Assembly: GCA_036649735.1 (NCBI GenBank)
Contig: JAVWBB010000002.1
Coordinates: 1 to 48,239, forward strand
Source: Bacilli bacterium
GTDB lineage: Bacteria; Bacillota_I; Bacilli_A; RF39; UBA660
Length of the DNA: 48,239 nt
Direction: 5' to 3'
Positions 35,680-45,247 of the stretch are shown one piece after another. The notes beneath the pieces are model-generated. The model saw nothing but the letters and a program-made list of their open reading frames with translations. It did no database searches and was not told where the DNA came from. The number at the start of each line of letters is the position of its first letter. Positions within the stretch are counted from its first letter, which is position 1. A program made the translations under genes and the position numbers.

Positions 35680-37437
35680 CTATAAATCCTTTAAATACAA
35701 AAACAATTTTTCACTTACATCTTTACTTAATATTTCATTTAATTCTAAAATAGTCGCAGCTTTAATTTTTTTTAAAGAACCAAATTTTTTTAATAATAAA
35801 TTACGCCTTACTTCGCCTATTCCTGGAGCCATATCTAAAATACTAGCTAACGCACCTTTACTTCGAATATTACGATGATATGCAATTACATATCGATGTA
35901 CTTCCTCACCTATTTTTGATAAATAAGTAAATAAATTGCTAAATTTATCTAACTCTATTTCTGTTAAATCCCTTAAAATTAATGAATTTGTTTTATGCTT
36001 ACTATCTTTTTTTAATCCTACTATTAAAATATCTAAATTAAAACTATCTATTACTTCCCTTACGGCTTTTACTTGTAACATACCCCCATCTAAAACTATT
36101 AAATCTGGTAAATAAGTATTTTCTATTATTGCTTTATTAATTCTTCGAAAAATAACTTCTTTCATCGCACTTAAATCATCATTATTATTAATACTTATCT
36201 TATACTTACGATATTCATCTTTTTTAGGAATAAAGTCAATAAAAGATACCATTCCACCCACATAAAAGGTCCCAAATAAATGAGAATTATCATAAGCTTC
36301 TATCCTACTTAAATGCGAAACATTGAGAATTTTTTTTAATTCATTAAGAGCTTCTTGTTTTTTTAAGTCATTTGTTTCTAATAAACTAATCTTTTCTTCA
36401 AGGGCTATTTTACTATTATTACTAGCCATATCTAAAACTTTTTTCACTTCCCCACGACTAGGCGATATTACTTTAATTTCTAAATAATCTTTTAATAAAT
36501 TAATATTTAAAGTGTTAGGAACAACAATTGTCTTAGGTATTAAATTATACTTATTATAAAAATTAATAATATATTCTTCTAATTCTTCACTTATATCATC
36601 AACCGTATTTATAATTATTGAATCTCTTCCAAATAATATACCGTTTCTAATAAAAAAAGTCTGGATTGATAAATAATTATGGTAAGCATAATAACCAAAC
36701 ACATCCATATTATAATCTTTTGATAAATCTATATGCTGTTTAGTTAAAATAATATTAATACTTTCTTTCATGTTATTTAATTCTAAACATTTCTCATAAT
36801 TAAGACTATTACTATTTATTTCAATTAAATTATTTATCTTATTTAAAACTATCTCACTATTACCATTTAAAAAACTTTTAATGTCTTTAATCATCTTTAA
36901 TACTACATCTTCATCAACTTTTTTAACACAGTAACCAAGACATTCTTTAATATGATAATACAAGCAAACATCTTTTTTAAAATGATCACACTTTTTAAGA
37001 GGATATAATCTGTTAATGATACTTACAACACTGCGAGCCGCAAATACACTAGGATATGGTCCATATAAATTATTTTTATTTTTTTTCCTATTTATATGCC
37101 TTACTATTTTTAAACTTGGAGATGTTCCAGTAACTAATTCGATATATGGATAACTCTTATCATCTTTTAACAAAATATTATATTTAGGATTATATTTCTT
37201 AATTAAATTTATTTCTAAAATTAAAGATTCCATTTCTGATGAAGTAACAATATATTCAAAATCATATATATCATTTACAAGCATCAGTGTTTTACCTGTA
37301 TGAGTACCTAAAAAATATGATTTTAATCTTTTTTTTAAGTTTTTTGCTTTCCCAACATATATTATAACTCCATCACTATTTTCCATTAAATAGCATCCCG
37401 CTTTTGATGGTATTAATGGAATTTTTTCTTTATACAT
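35680..37437 (-). CDS. uvrC: Excinuclease ABC subunit C
   Basis: GIY-YIG N-terminus (GCYLMENSDGVIIYVGKAKNLKKRLKSYF), a UvrBC-interacting region, an endonuclease V-like domain (IEAYDNSH) and a C-terminal HhH (PGIGEVRRNLLLKKFGS). The start is set at MYKEKI (ATG 37437). Confidence 0.93.
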   Translation of the reverse strand: MYKEKIPLIPSKAGCYLMENSDGVIIYVGKAKNLKKRLKSYFLGTHTGKTLMLVNDIYDFEYIVTSSEMESLILEINLIKKYNPKYNILLKDDKSYPYIELVTGTSPSLKIVRHINRKKNKNNLYGPYPSVFAARSVVSIINRLYPLKKCDHFKKDVCLYYHIKECLGYCVKKVDEDVVLKMIKDIKSFLNGNSEIVLNKINNLIEINSNSLNYEKCLELNNMKESINIILTKQHIDLSKDYNMDVFGYYAYHNYLSIQTFFIRNGILFGRDSIIINTVDDISEELEEYIINFYNKYNLIPKTIVVPNTLNINLLKDYLEIKVISPSRGEVKKVLDMASNNSKIALEEKISLLETNDLKKQEALNELKKILNVSHLSRIEAYDNSHLFGTFYVGGMVSFIDFIPKKDEYRKYKISINNNDDLSAMKEVIFRRINKAIIENTYLPDLIVLDGGMLQVKAVREVIDSFNLDILIVGLKKDSKHKTNSLILRDLTEIELDKFSNLFTYLSKIGEEVHRYVIAYHRNIRSKGALASILDMAPGIGEVRRNLLLKKFGSLKKIKAATILELNEILSKDVSEKLFLYLKDL

Positions 37438-37533
37438 AATAATCATCTCCATATTTCTTTTGCTAGTTATATTTTATCATAATTATTAGGAATTTATAAC
37501 AAATTATTGTACAATGAATTTAGGAGTGAGAAA

Positions 37534-38112
37534 ATGAAGACAATTAAAACTAATTTAGAAAACACTTTAATTATTAAAAACTCTAAATTTATTACAAAAT
37601 ATTATAAAATAAGCACTATTGAAGAAATAAATAATATTTTAATGGATTTAAAAATTAAATATAAAGATGCATCTCATATTTGCTATGCTTATATTATTGA
37701 TGACTTATCTAAATATAGTGATGACTCTGAGCCTAATAATACGGCGGGGTTTAGTATTTATAATGTTTTAAATCATCATAGTTTAAATTATGTTTTATGT
37801 GTAGTTATTCGTTATTTTGGCGGCATAAAATTAGGAATAGGTCCTTTAGCAAAAGCTTATAAAACATCAGCTTCTATTTTATTAATTAAAGAAAATATTG
37901 TTAATTTAGTAAATGGGTATCAAATAGAAATAATAATAGATTATAATAAAGAAAAAATTTTAAACATCATTTTAAAAGATGCAATTTATTTGAAAAAAGA
38001 ATATTTAGATAATATATATTATTTAGTAAATGTTAAAGAAGACCTATTGGTAAATTTAAATAATCATAATATTTCATATAATATAATTAAAAAAATAAAA
38101 TTAGAAATTTAA
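37534..38112 (+). CDS. yigZ: YigZ/IMPACT family (UPF0029) protein
   Basis: IKNSKFI ... ASHICYAYII ... DDSEPNNTAG ... VVIRYFGGIKLG. The start is set at MKTIKT (ATG 37534), after AGGAGTGA. Confidence 0.82.
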   Translation: MKTIKTNLENTLIIKNSKFITKYYKISTIEEINNILMDLKIKYKDASHICYAYIIDDLSKYSDDSEPNNTAGFSIYNVLNHHSLNYVLCVVIRYFGGIKLGIGPLAKAYKTSASILLIKENIVNLVNGYQIEIIIDYNKEKILNIILKDAIYLKKEYLDNIYYLVNVKEDLLVNLNNHNISYNIIKKIKLEI

Positions 38113-38119
38113 ACTAATT

Positions 38120-39055
38120 TTATTTTTTAATTAATATATCTTCATAATATATTTTTTTTGAATCTTTTTTAGGATATTTTAAGAAGTTTTCTTTAAATTT
38201 TTCTAAATCCTCTTTAATAATTTCATTACAACAATTAATTACTATAGTGGTTGCGATATTTTCAACAGTTAAATCTAAACGATTATTAATAACTTTAACA
38301 ATACAATCTTTTTCAAAAGTAATTAATTGATCAATCATTAATTCCTGATATATAAGTATTTGCTTTAAATAGTCTTCGTAATCGTCATAGTTTATACCAA
38401 ATCTAACAATTAATGTTTTAAATAGCATTAAAGCATAGCGTTTTAAATTAAGATAATCTGTACTTAATGACGAAATAACTTTTTCTTCTTTTATTTCATC
38501 AATATTAAAAACACCTGTGTATTCATTTCTTATTAAAGTAAGAGGATTATATTTATTAATTACCGAAGGATTCATTATAATCAATGAATCACAACCAAAA
38601 CTAATTTCTTCTTTAGCATTATCTTTTGCATATCTATAACTAATATAAACTGCATCATATTGTAAACTTAATTTTTCATAATCAATTAAATAGTATCTTG
38701 CTAATTCTTTTTGATTAAAAAAAGTTAATTGATAATGAAAAGAAGGATAACATTTACTAATTTTTTGTAAATCTTCTTTTGTTTCTAAAAGGCAAACTCG
38801 TGCTTCTTTTTTTAATTTAAATATGACTGCATCTTCTAAATTCATTCCAAAACTATAACTTTCATGATCGCAAATAAAGTCAAGCCAATCACATACATAA
38901 TTTTCAAAATAATAAAACTCCGTCGCCCACAATCCGCCTCGTGGTTTTAAAGAAAAATTATCAAAACGTCTATTTACATTCATCCATCTTTCTAAATATA
39001 ATTCTTGTGTTCCTACTGATATAAATTCTTTATTTAATAATTCTTCTTTTAACAT
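38120..39055 (-). CDS. Hypothetical protein (311 aa), no recognisable family
   Basis: Long clean ORF followed 55 nt later by the ZIP gene on the same strand. Local motifs are KPRGGLWATEF, YDAVYISY and FGCDSLIIMNP. I cannot place it. Confidence 0.5.
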   Translation of the reverse strand: MLKEELLNKEFISVGTQELYLERWMNVNRRFDNFSLKPRGGLWATEFYYFENYVCDWLDFICDHESYSFGMNLEDAVIFKLKKEARVCLLETKEDLQKISKCYPSFHYQLTFFNQKELARYYLIDYEKLSLQYDAVYISYRYAKDNAKEEISFGCDSLIIMNPSVINKYNPLTLIRNEYTGVFNIDEIKEEKVISSLSTDYLNLKRYALMLFKTLIVRFGINYDDYEDYLKQILIYQELMIDQLITFEKDCIVKVINNRLDLTVENIATTIVINCCNEIIKEDLEKFKENFLKYPKKDSKKIYYEDILIKK

Positions 39056-39110
39056 AATTACCTCTACTGATTTATTATTATATCACATTGTTTTTAAATA
39101 ACAATTTATT

Positions 39111-39908
39111 CTATCCTAAAGCAACATCCATGACCATCATTAAGATAAAACCAATAATAACACCAATGGTTGATAAATCTTTATTTTCTTTAACCGATTC
39201 CGGCAATAATTCACGTGCAACTACAATTATCATCGCTCCTGCCGCAAACGCTAATAAAAATGGTAATATACTTCGCATTGATAATACTAAAATAACGCCA
39301 ATAATCCCAGAAATAGGTTCAACCAATGCTGATCCTTGTCCATACATAAACGATTTAAAACGACTCATTCCTTCTCTTCTTAATGGAAGGGATACTGCCG
39401 CTCCCTCAGGAAAATTTTGTAATCCAATTCCAATTGCTAATAAAATAGCAGAAATTAAAGTCATTCCTGGAATATTAAGAGCAACGCCTCCAAAAGCAAC
39501 TCCCACGGCCATTCCTTCTGGAATATTATGAATTGTAATTGCCGATACTAATAAAATACATCTTTTTAATGATGATGAATCATCCATTTTATTATTCTTT
39601 TCTAGTACTTTATCAATTAATTTATCAGCCCCTAAAACAAATAATCCGCCAACCAAAAACCCAAATGCTGGAAGTAGCCATTCAATATATCCTAATTCTT
39701 TAGCTAAACCTAAAGCCGGAGATAACAGTGACCAAAATGATGCAGCTATCATTACACCAGCTCCAAAACCTAAAACTGTATCTAATACTTTTTTATTAAT
39801 TTCTTTAAAAAAACATACCATTAAAGCTCCAAGCGCGGTAACCCCCCAAGTAAAAATAGTTGCAATTAAGGCTTGTAAAATAGGATTTAACTGTTCAAAC
39901 CATATCAT
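39111..39908 (-). CDS. zupT: ZIP family divalent metal (zinc) transporter, ZupT-like
   Basis: Polytopic membrane protein with the HNIPEGMAVGVAF and GLQNFPEGAAVSLPL signatures. Confidence 0.88.
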   Translation of the reverse strand: MIWFEQLNPILQALIATIFTWGVTALGALMVCFFKEINKKVLDTVLGFGAGVMIAASFWSLLSPALGLAKELGYIEWLLPAFGFLVGGLFVLGADKLIDKVLEKNNKMDDSSSLKRCILLVSAITIHNIPEGMAVGVAFGGVALNIPGMTLISAILLAIGIGLQNFPEGAAVSLPLRREGMSRFKSFMYGQGSALVEPISGIIGVILVLSMRSILPFLLAFAAGAMIIVVARELLPESVKENKDLSTIGVIIGFILMMVMDVALG

Positions 39909-40024
39909 TTATAAACACCTCAAATTATAATATGCAAGTATGTAAATATGGTTAAAAAGATATTAAACTAATTAAATAACATAATTTTTAAATAAAAGTT
40001 GAAAGAAAAAGCAAATAAAATTAT

Positions 40025-41338
40025 TTAACTTTTAATTGCTTTAAAGAACTTTTTCCATATTTTAGTAGTTGAATAATTAAGGATTCCTACCTTATAAACT
40101 TTTAAACCATATTTAAGTAAAATCCCATTAAATAAGGTTAAAATAACTATCGATATAATTACATCAATTAATCCAATTTGCCCTAAAACAAGTAAGGCTG
40201 GGGATAATAATGATGAAATAAAAGGTATATAAGATAAAATCCTAATAAATAATGACCCTTGAAACATTCCAGCCATTATTGCCAAATAATATCCTATTAA
40301 AGATATCATTATAATTGGCGATTGCACTTGTTGAAAATCTTCAATATTTGTAGACATTGATGCCAGTATTCCTGCCACTAATGAATAAGCTAAAAATGAT
40401 AAAACTAATAATATAAGTGTTAGTGGAATAATATAAACTAGTTTATCTAAAAAGCCTGTTTCTTGTAATGTTTTAAAAAGTGGTCCAATAAAATCAGTTA
40501 TTTGATTTCCTATAGAACTAGTTGTATGGGTAAATAAACCTCTTGTTAAAAAACCAATCCCACCATAAATCATTAATAAAACCCCTTGTGAAATTACAAA
40601 TATATTTGATGATAAAATCTTAGAAAAGAAATGAGCTTTAGGTGAAACATTAGAAATAATTACTTCCATACTTCTTGTTGATTTTTCTTCATTTATTTCC
40701 GTCCCTATCATTTGAACTAAAAATAAAACTAACATGAAAAAAGGTAAAATAATAGTTGGAAAGATTGTTCCCATAATAGTATTCATATTTTCTTCGGATG
40801 ATGTTTTATCAGCATCTAATAAAACTCTTTCTAATTTAATCGGAGTATTTAATTTTAATAAGTCTTCTTGCGATATATTAGTATTTTTTAAAGCAATCAT
40901 ACTTTTTGTATTTATTAAAGCCGTACTAAGTAAATTATAAGTTAATGGTGGTGTAAATCCATCAGAAACAATTTTAGCTTTAATATAATTACTTTCATCA
41001 TTTTCAATTAAAACGATAATATCCTTACTATCTTTAATTTTTTTAACAGCTTTATCATAGTCTTCACTTCTAGTAATTTTGATCTTAACATCGCTGTTTA
41101 CTAAATTCTTCCCATTTTCTAATTGTTGTTTTAATTCTTCATAAGATATATTACTTTTATCAATTATTATTATCTTTTGTGTATCATTAAAATCTCCTCC
41201 AAAATAATTAATAATATTATCAGCATTACTAATACCTACAATTGCTAGTAATAAAACAAGATTAACAATTATAAACCATTTACTTCCCATTTTCTTTTTT
41301 AAACTAACTTTAGTTAAGTACCAAAATTTATTTAGCAT
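40025..41338 (-). CDS. ABC-2 type transporter permease (NatB/YhaP-like)
   Basis: N-terminal TM helix, a large extracytoplasmic loop and a C-terminal 5-TM bundle. It is coupled to the upstream ABC ATPase. The start is set at MLNKFW (ATG 41338), after GGGGGA. Confidence 0.78.
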   Translation of the reverse strand: MLNKFWYLTKVSLKKKMGSKWFIIVNLVLLLAIVGISNADNIINYFGGDFNDTQKIIIIDKSNISYEELKQQLENGKNLVNSDVKIKITRSEDYDKAVKKIKDSKDIIVLIENDESNYIKAKIVSDGFTPPLTYNLLSTALINTKSMIALKNTNISQEDLLKLNTPIKLERVLLDADKTSSEENMNTIMGTIFPTIILPFFMLVLFLVQMIGTEINEEKSTRSMEVIISNVSPKAHFFSKILSSNIFVISQGVLLMIYGGIGFLTRGLFTHTTSSIGNQITDFIGPLFKTLQETGFLDKLVYIIPLTLILLVLSFLAYSLVAGILASMSTNIEDFQQVQSPIIMISLIGYYLAIMAGMFQGSLFIRILSYIPFISSLLSPALLVLGQIGLIDVIISIVILTLFNGILLKYGLKVYKVGILNYSTTKIWKKFFKAIKS

Positions 41339-42224
41339 ATGCTTCCCCCACTTTTTCAATAAATATTTCATTTAGTGATGCTTCTTCTACTAAAAACTTC
41401 GTAATATGATATTTAGATATTGTTTTAAATACTTGGTCAACTACATCCTTATCATTAATTTTAACTATTACTTCATTGCCTTTTTCTATAATATCTATTA
41501 CCCCTTTAAGGGCTTTTATTTCAGCAACTTTAAAGTCCCCTTCGATTGTAATATTTTTCTTTTTATAAGTTTCTTTAATATCTTTTAAATAACCTTCTAA
41601 TATACTTTTACCCTTTACTAAAATAACTAATTTCTCACAAAAATATTCAATATGCTCCATTTGATGTGAAGAAAAAATAATAATTGTTCCCTTGTTTTTT
41701 AATTCTAAAATCATATTTTTAAATAAATCAACATTAATTGGATCAAGTCCCGTAAATGGTTCATCTAAAATTAATAATTTAGGCTCATTAATAATTGCCG
41801 AAATAAACTGAATCTTTTGTTGATTTCCTTTTGATAATTCTTTTATTTTACGATGTTTATATTCTGTTATTTTAAATCTATCTAATAATGTATCTAATCT
41901 TTTTTCAATTGTCTCTTTATTCATTGATTTTAACATTCCATAATAAATAATTTGCTCATAAACAGTCATTTTAATAAGTAAACTACGTTCTTCTGTTAAA
42001 AATCCTATCTTATCTGTTACACTATAATCTATTTTTTTACCATCTAATGTTACATCTCCACTAGTAGAATCTAATAAACCCATTATAATACGAAATGTCG
42101 TCGTTTTTCCGGCTCCGTTTTCTCCGAGTAAACCAAATATTTCTCCATCGTTTACTTCAAATGACAATCCATTTAAAGCAGGATTTGTTCCATAATACTT
42201 TACAATGTTATTTACTTTAAGCAT
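41328..42224 (-). CDS. ABC transporter ATP-binding protein (NatA-like)
   Basis: Walker A GENGAGKTTT, Q-loop, signature LSKGNQQKIQF, Walker B LLILDEPFTGLD, H-loop SSHQM. The start is set at MLKVNN (ATG 42224), after AGGAG. Confidence 0.9.
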   Translation of the reverse strand: MLKVNNIVKYYGTNPALNGLSFEVNDGEIFGLLGENGAGKTTTFRIIMGLLDSTSGDVTLDGKKIDYSVTDKIGFLTEERSLLIKMTVYEQIIYYGMLKSMNKETIEKRLDTLLDRFKITEYKHRKIKELSKGNQQKIQFISAIINEPKLLILDEPFTGLDPINVDLFKNMILELKNKGTIIIFSSHQMEHIEYFCEKLVILVKGKSILEGYLKDIKETYKKKNITIEGDFKVAEIKALKGVIDIIEKGNEVIVKINDKDVVDQVFKTISKYHITKFLVEEASLNEIFIEKVGEAYAK

Positions 42225-42228
42225 TTTC

Positions 42229-42537
42229 TTATCTCCTTTTCTTTTTTGCAAAAGTCTTTATTACATAATATAAAAAGACAATAAATATTAAAACATATAC
42301 CCACATTAATACATCTGTTACAGTGGAATTTGTATAAGCCCTAATTAATGAAGGGACTGATTCGGGGATATATTTTTCAAAAAAACTAACTAATTCGCTA
42401 ATATTTAAATTGTTTTTTAAAAAGTTCATTATCCGAAAAAATATATCTAAAGTACACACAAAGTAAACAAAACTTTCAAAACTACGATAAAGATATAATA
42501 TTATAAGTAAGAAAACCCCAATTATTATTAAATTCAT
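42229..42537 (-). CDS. Small membrane protein (102 aa), unknown function
   Basis: It has a hydrophobic helix at each end. It is packed tightly, with 1-4 nt gaps, between the 112-aa ORF and the ABC ATPase gene. Confidence 0.5.
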   Translation of the reverse strand: MNLIIIGVFLLIILYLYRSFESFVYFVCTLDIFFRIMNFLKNNLNISELVSFFEKYIPESVPSLIRAYTNSTVTDVLMWVYVLIFIVFLYYVIKTFAKKKRR

Positions 42538-42538
42538 T

Positions 42539-42877
42539 TTACTGCTCCTTTATTATCTTTAATAAGTACTTTATTTTTAATGGTATTTTATGCTCCTCAT
42601 CTAAAACTATATTTATTTCTTCTTGCGTAAATGTTTTACTCATTAGTAGCATTATTGTTGTTTTAAATACCTCATAATCACTATTACAACAATCTTCCCA
42701 CAAAATAGCGAGTTTTTTACCTCTAATACCATAAAAATCTAACATTTCAATATTTGCTGGATAATTAGCTTCCCAACCCATTTTCATAATTAAGTCCACC
42801 AATTCATCCCTTTCTTCACACATTATCTGAAACATTTCAATTAAACTAGTATTATTATTTAATTTGCTCATAACCAT
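42539..42877 (-). CDS. Hypothetical cytoplasmic protein (112 aa)
   Basis: The ORF overlaps the queH stop by 23 nt and ends 1 nt before the next ORF. No motif recognised. Confidence 0.5.
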   Translation of the reverse strand: MVMSKLNNNTSLIEMFQIMCEERDELVDLIMKMGWEANYPANIEMLDFYGIRGKKLAILWEDCCNSDYEVFKTTIMLLMSKTFTQEEINIVLDEEHKIPLKIKYLLKIIKEQ

Positions 42878-43466
42878 TCCTCCTATTTTTTAAAGAATAT
42901 TTACATCCACAATAATCTTGACGATATAAATTGTATTCTTTAGCTATTTCAATAGACTTTTTATAACCATCTTCTTTTTTAAAATCACTAACTAAATATT
43001 TAACATTGTATTTATCTTCTAAATTTAGTCCAATTTCATTAATCCATAAAGCATTTTTATGTGGGCTAACACTTAAAGTTGTTGCAAAATAATCAAAATT
43101 TAATATTTTAGCCTTTACACAAGTGTTTTCCATTCGGTACTTAATACAATTATAACAGCGAAGTTCACCCTCTTTTAAATCTTCTAAACCATTTGCCACA
43201 ATGTTAAATTCATCATCATAAATACTATCTAAATATTTAATGTTTAAAGCTTTTAATAAACGTAATTGCTCATATTCTCGGTGCTTATACTCCTCAATTG
43301 GATAAATATTAGAATTATAATAGTAAACTGTTATTTCAAAATAATCTTTTAAATAAGTAATTACATAACTACTACATGGCCCACAACAACTATGAAGCAA
43401 AAGACTGGGCTTCTTTTTTTTATCTATTTGATTTAATATTTTTTTTAGATTTAAATTATAATTCAT
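42855..43466 (-). CDS. queH: Epoxyqueuosine reductase QueH (DUF208)
   Basis: LLLHSCCGPCSSYV ... YFATTLSVSPHKNA ... YRQDYCGCKYS are the family Cys motifs. The start is set at MNYNLN (ATG 43466), after AAGAAAGGG. Confidence 0.85.
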   Translation of the reverse strand: MNYNLNLKKILNQIDKKKKPSLLLHSCCGPCSSYVITYLKDYFEITVYYYNSNIYPIEEYKHREYEQLRLLKALNIKYLDSIYDDEFNIVANGLEDLKEGELRCYNCIKYRMENTCVKAKILNFDYFATTLSVSPHKNALWINEIGLNLEDKYNVKYLVSDFKKEDGYKKSIEIAKEYNLYRQDYCGCKYSLKNRRNGYEQIK

Positions 43467-43519
43467 ATTAAAAGCCCTTTCTTTATAATCATTATTATAT
43501 AACATTTAGAAAAAAATTA

Positions 43520-44221
43520 CTAACTAAAGTAGTTAATAATTATTGGTGACAATATTAAAAGCATTAATAATGGGATAAAGAATATTACCGATAAAACACT
43601 TACTTTTATGGGGATCATATTAATTTTACTTTTAACTTCCGATATCTTTTTTTCAGTTATATAATCAATTTGATTATACATCGTCGTTATAATACTATTA
43701 CCAAAGATATTGGACTCTTTAATATTTAAAATAATATTGTTAATCGTATCCGATGGAATTCTTTGCTTTAGTGAATCTAACGCTTCGTTTAAAGACTTAC
43801 CTAATCTTACTTCATCTAAAGCTTTTTTAAATTCATTTGATAATTTACTATCAATATTATTCGCCGTTATTTCAATAGCAGTTTTCAAACTACGACCAGA
43901 TTCTAATGAAAGAGTTAAAACTTCAAAAAAATACATTGCATCATTATCTAATATTTCACATCTTTTTATAATATCTTTTTCATAAGTAAATTTAGGCAAA
44001 TAAACATAAAATAAAAAGGTAAATAACGGAGCGTAAATATATCCCCATTTAAATAAATACATTGTTAAGAAGAATATTCCTAAGGCCATTAGTAATCTTA
44101 CATTCATAAAAGTAATCGCGTCAAACTTTGCATCTTCACCCAATAAATTAATTCGGGTTTCTATTTTTTTAATTGAAGAATCACTATATATTTTACGCGC
44201 TAATTCTTTTTTCTTCGCCAT
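43520..44221 (-). CDS. tadC: Type II secretion system F-domain protein, TadC-like
   Basis: It has a T2SSF-type helical domain (LSLESGRSLKTAIE..., LGKSLNEALDSL) flanked by TM helices. It is the second of two such genes after cpaF. Confidence 0.75.
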   Translation of the reverse strand: MAKKKELARKIYSDSSIKKIETRINLLGEDAKFDAITFMNVRLLMALGIFFLTMYLFKWGYIYAPLFTFLFYVYLPKFTYEKDIIKRCEILDNDAMYFFEVLTLSLESGRSLKTAIEITANNIDSKLSNEFKKALDEVRLGKSLNEALDSLKQRIPSDTINNIILNIKESNIFGNSIITTMYNQIDYITEKKISEVKSKINMIPIKVSVLSVIFFIPLLMLLILSPIIINYFS

Positions 44222-45237
44222 TACATATCACCCAACACTTTCATTATCTTATTTACAATAACAATATAACCAATATAAATTAATAGCATTATTCCAAGTA
44301 AAACTATTCCTATTTTAGTACTTATTAATGGTGAGAAATAAGTAGGATTTAATAAACAAATAGCTACAAATATAAAGGCTGGTATACATATTAATATTTT
44401 AAATATTAAATTAGCAGATGCTGTAATAGATTTTAATTCATGCTCTAATTTACGACGATTAAAAAATGATCTTTCAATTGAAGAAAACACTTTGACAATA
44501 TTACCACCCGTTTTATTTAAAATAGTAAGTGATGTTGTAATATACTTTACTTCATCGATATTAACTCTTTTAGCAAATCTTTTAAAAACAATTTCTAAAT
44601 CTAAACCAAAAGTTAAATCAATGTACATTTTTTTAAATTCATCGCTAATGGCCCCATCTAATTCCTCACTAACTAAAGAAATAGCTTGCATAGTAGTTCT
44701 TCCTGATTTAAAAGAATTATTCATAATAATAATAGCCTTTAATAAATCATTTTCAATTTGTTTTTTACGTAATTTACTTCGTGCAATATAAAAGATATCT
44801 GGAATAAAAAAGCCAATTACAAGAGCATAAAATATTTGAAAAAGAGAAATATTTTGATACTGTAAAACATCAGAAAAAATAACTATTAATAAACATACAA
44901 TCCCTGATAATATTTTAACAGATATATAATTTATTGAATCTTCGGCAATTATTTCAGACTTATCAACATATTTTTCATATTTCTTTGAATAATTATTAAA
45001 TATTTTAAATTTTAAAAGGATATGTGATAAATTATTTCTAATTTTCAAATATAAATTTTCAATTTTATCAAAAAATGATTTATCTGTATCTTCTAAAGCC
45101 TCCACCGAATATTTACTTAATCTTTTTTCATAACTAATTGATTTTTTCAATTTTAAAAGCCAAATAATTATTAAAAATAATATAAAAATTATAATTATTT
45201 GGATAATAAATAAATATATATTATAATTATTTGGCAT
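44221..45237 (-). CDS. tadB: Type II secretion system F-domain protein, TadB-like
   Basis: N-terminal TM helix, a T2SSF domain (SFKSGRTTMQAISLVSEEL, FGLDLEIVFKRFAKRV) and C-terminal TM helices. Confidence 0.75.
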   Translation of the reverse strand: MPNNYNIYLFIIQIIIIFILFLIIIWLLKLKKSISYEKRLSKYSVEALEDTDKSFFDKIENLYLKIRNNLSHILLKFKIFNNYSKKYEKYVDKSEIIAEDSINYISVKILSGIVCLLIVIFSDVLQYQNISLFQIFYALVIGFFIPDIFYIARSKLRKKQIENDLLKAIIIMNNSFKSGRTTMQAISLVSEELDGAISDEFKKMYIDLTFGLDLEIVFKRFAKRVNIDEVKYITTSLTILNKTGGNIVKVFSSIERSFFNRRKLEHELKSITASANLIFKILICIPAFIFVAICLLNPTYFSPLISTKIGIVLLGIMLLIYIGYIVIVNKIMKVLGDM

Positions 45238-45247
45238 AAAATCCTCC

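Noticed and set aside
39088-39531. 147-aa plus-strand ORF antisense to the ZIP transporter gene.
   Set aside because: It lies fully inside the well-supported zupT-like CDS on the opposite strand. The protein is low-complexity (Pro/Ile/Asn-rich) with no RBS, so it is a shadow ORF.
39909-40024. Looked for a Zur/Fur-type palindromic operator upstream of the ZIP transporter gene.
   Set aside because: No convincing inverted repeat of the AT-rich Zur-box type is visible. Only generic promoter-like hexamers are present.
43467-43519. Looked for a preQ1 riboswitch upstream of queH.
   Set aside because: The gap is only 53 nt. It contains a -10-like TATAAT and the RBS, but nothing resembling the preQ1-I core (no CCC...AAAAAACTA-type tail that I can see).
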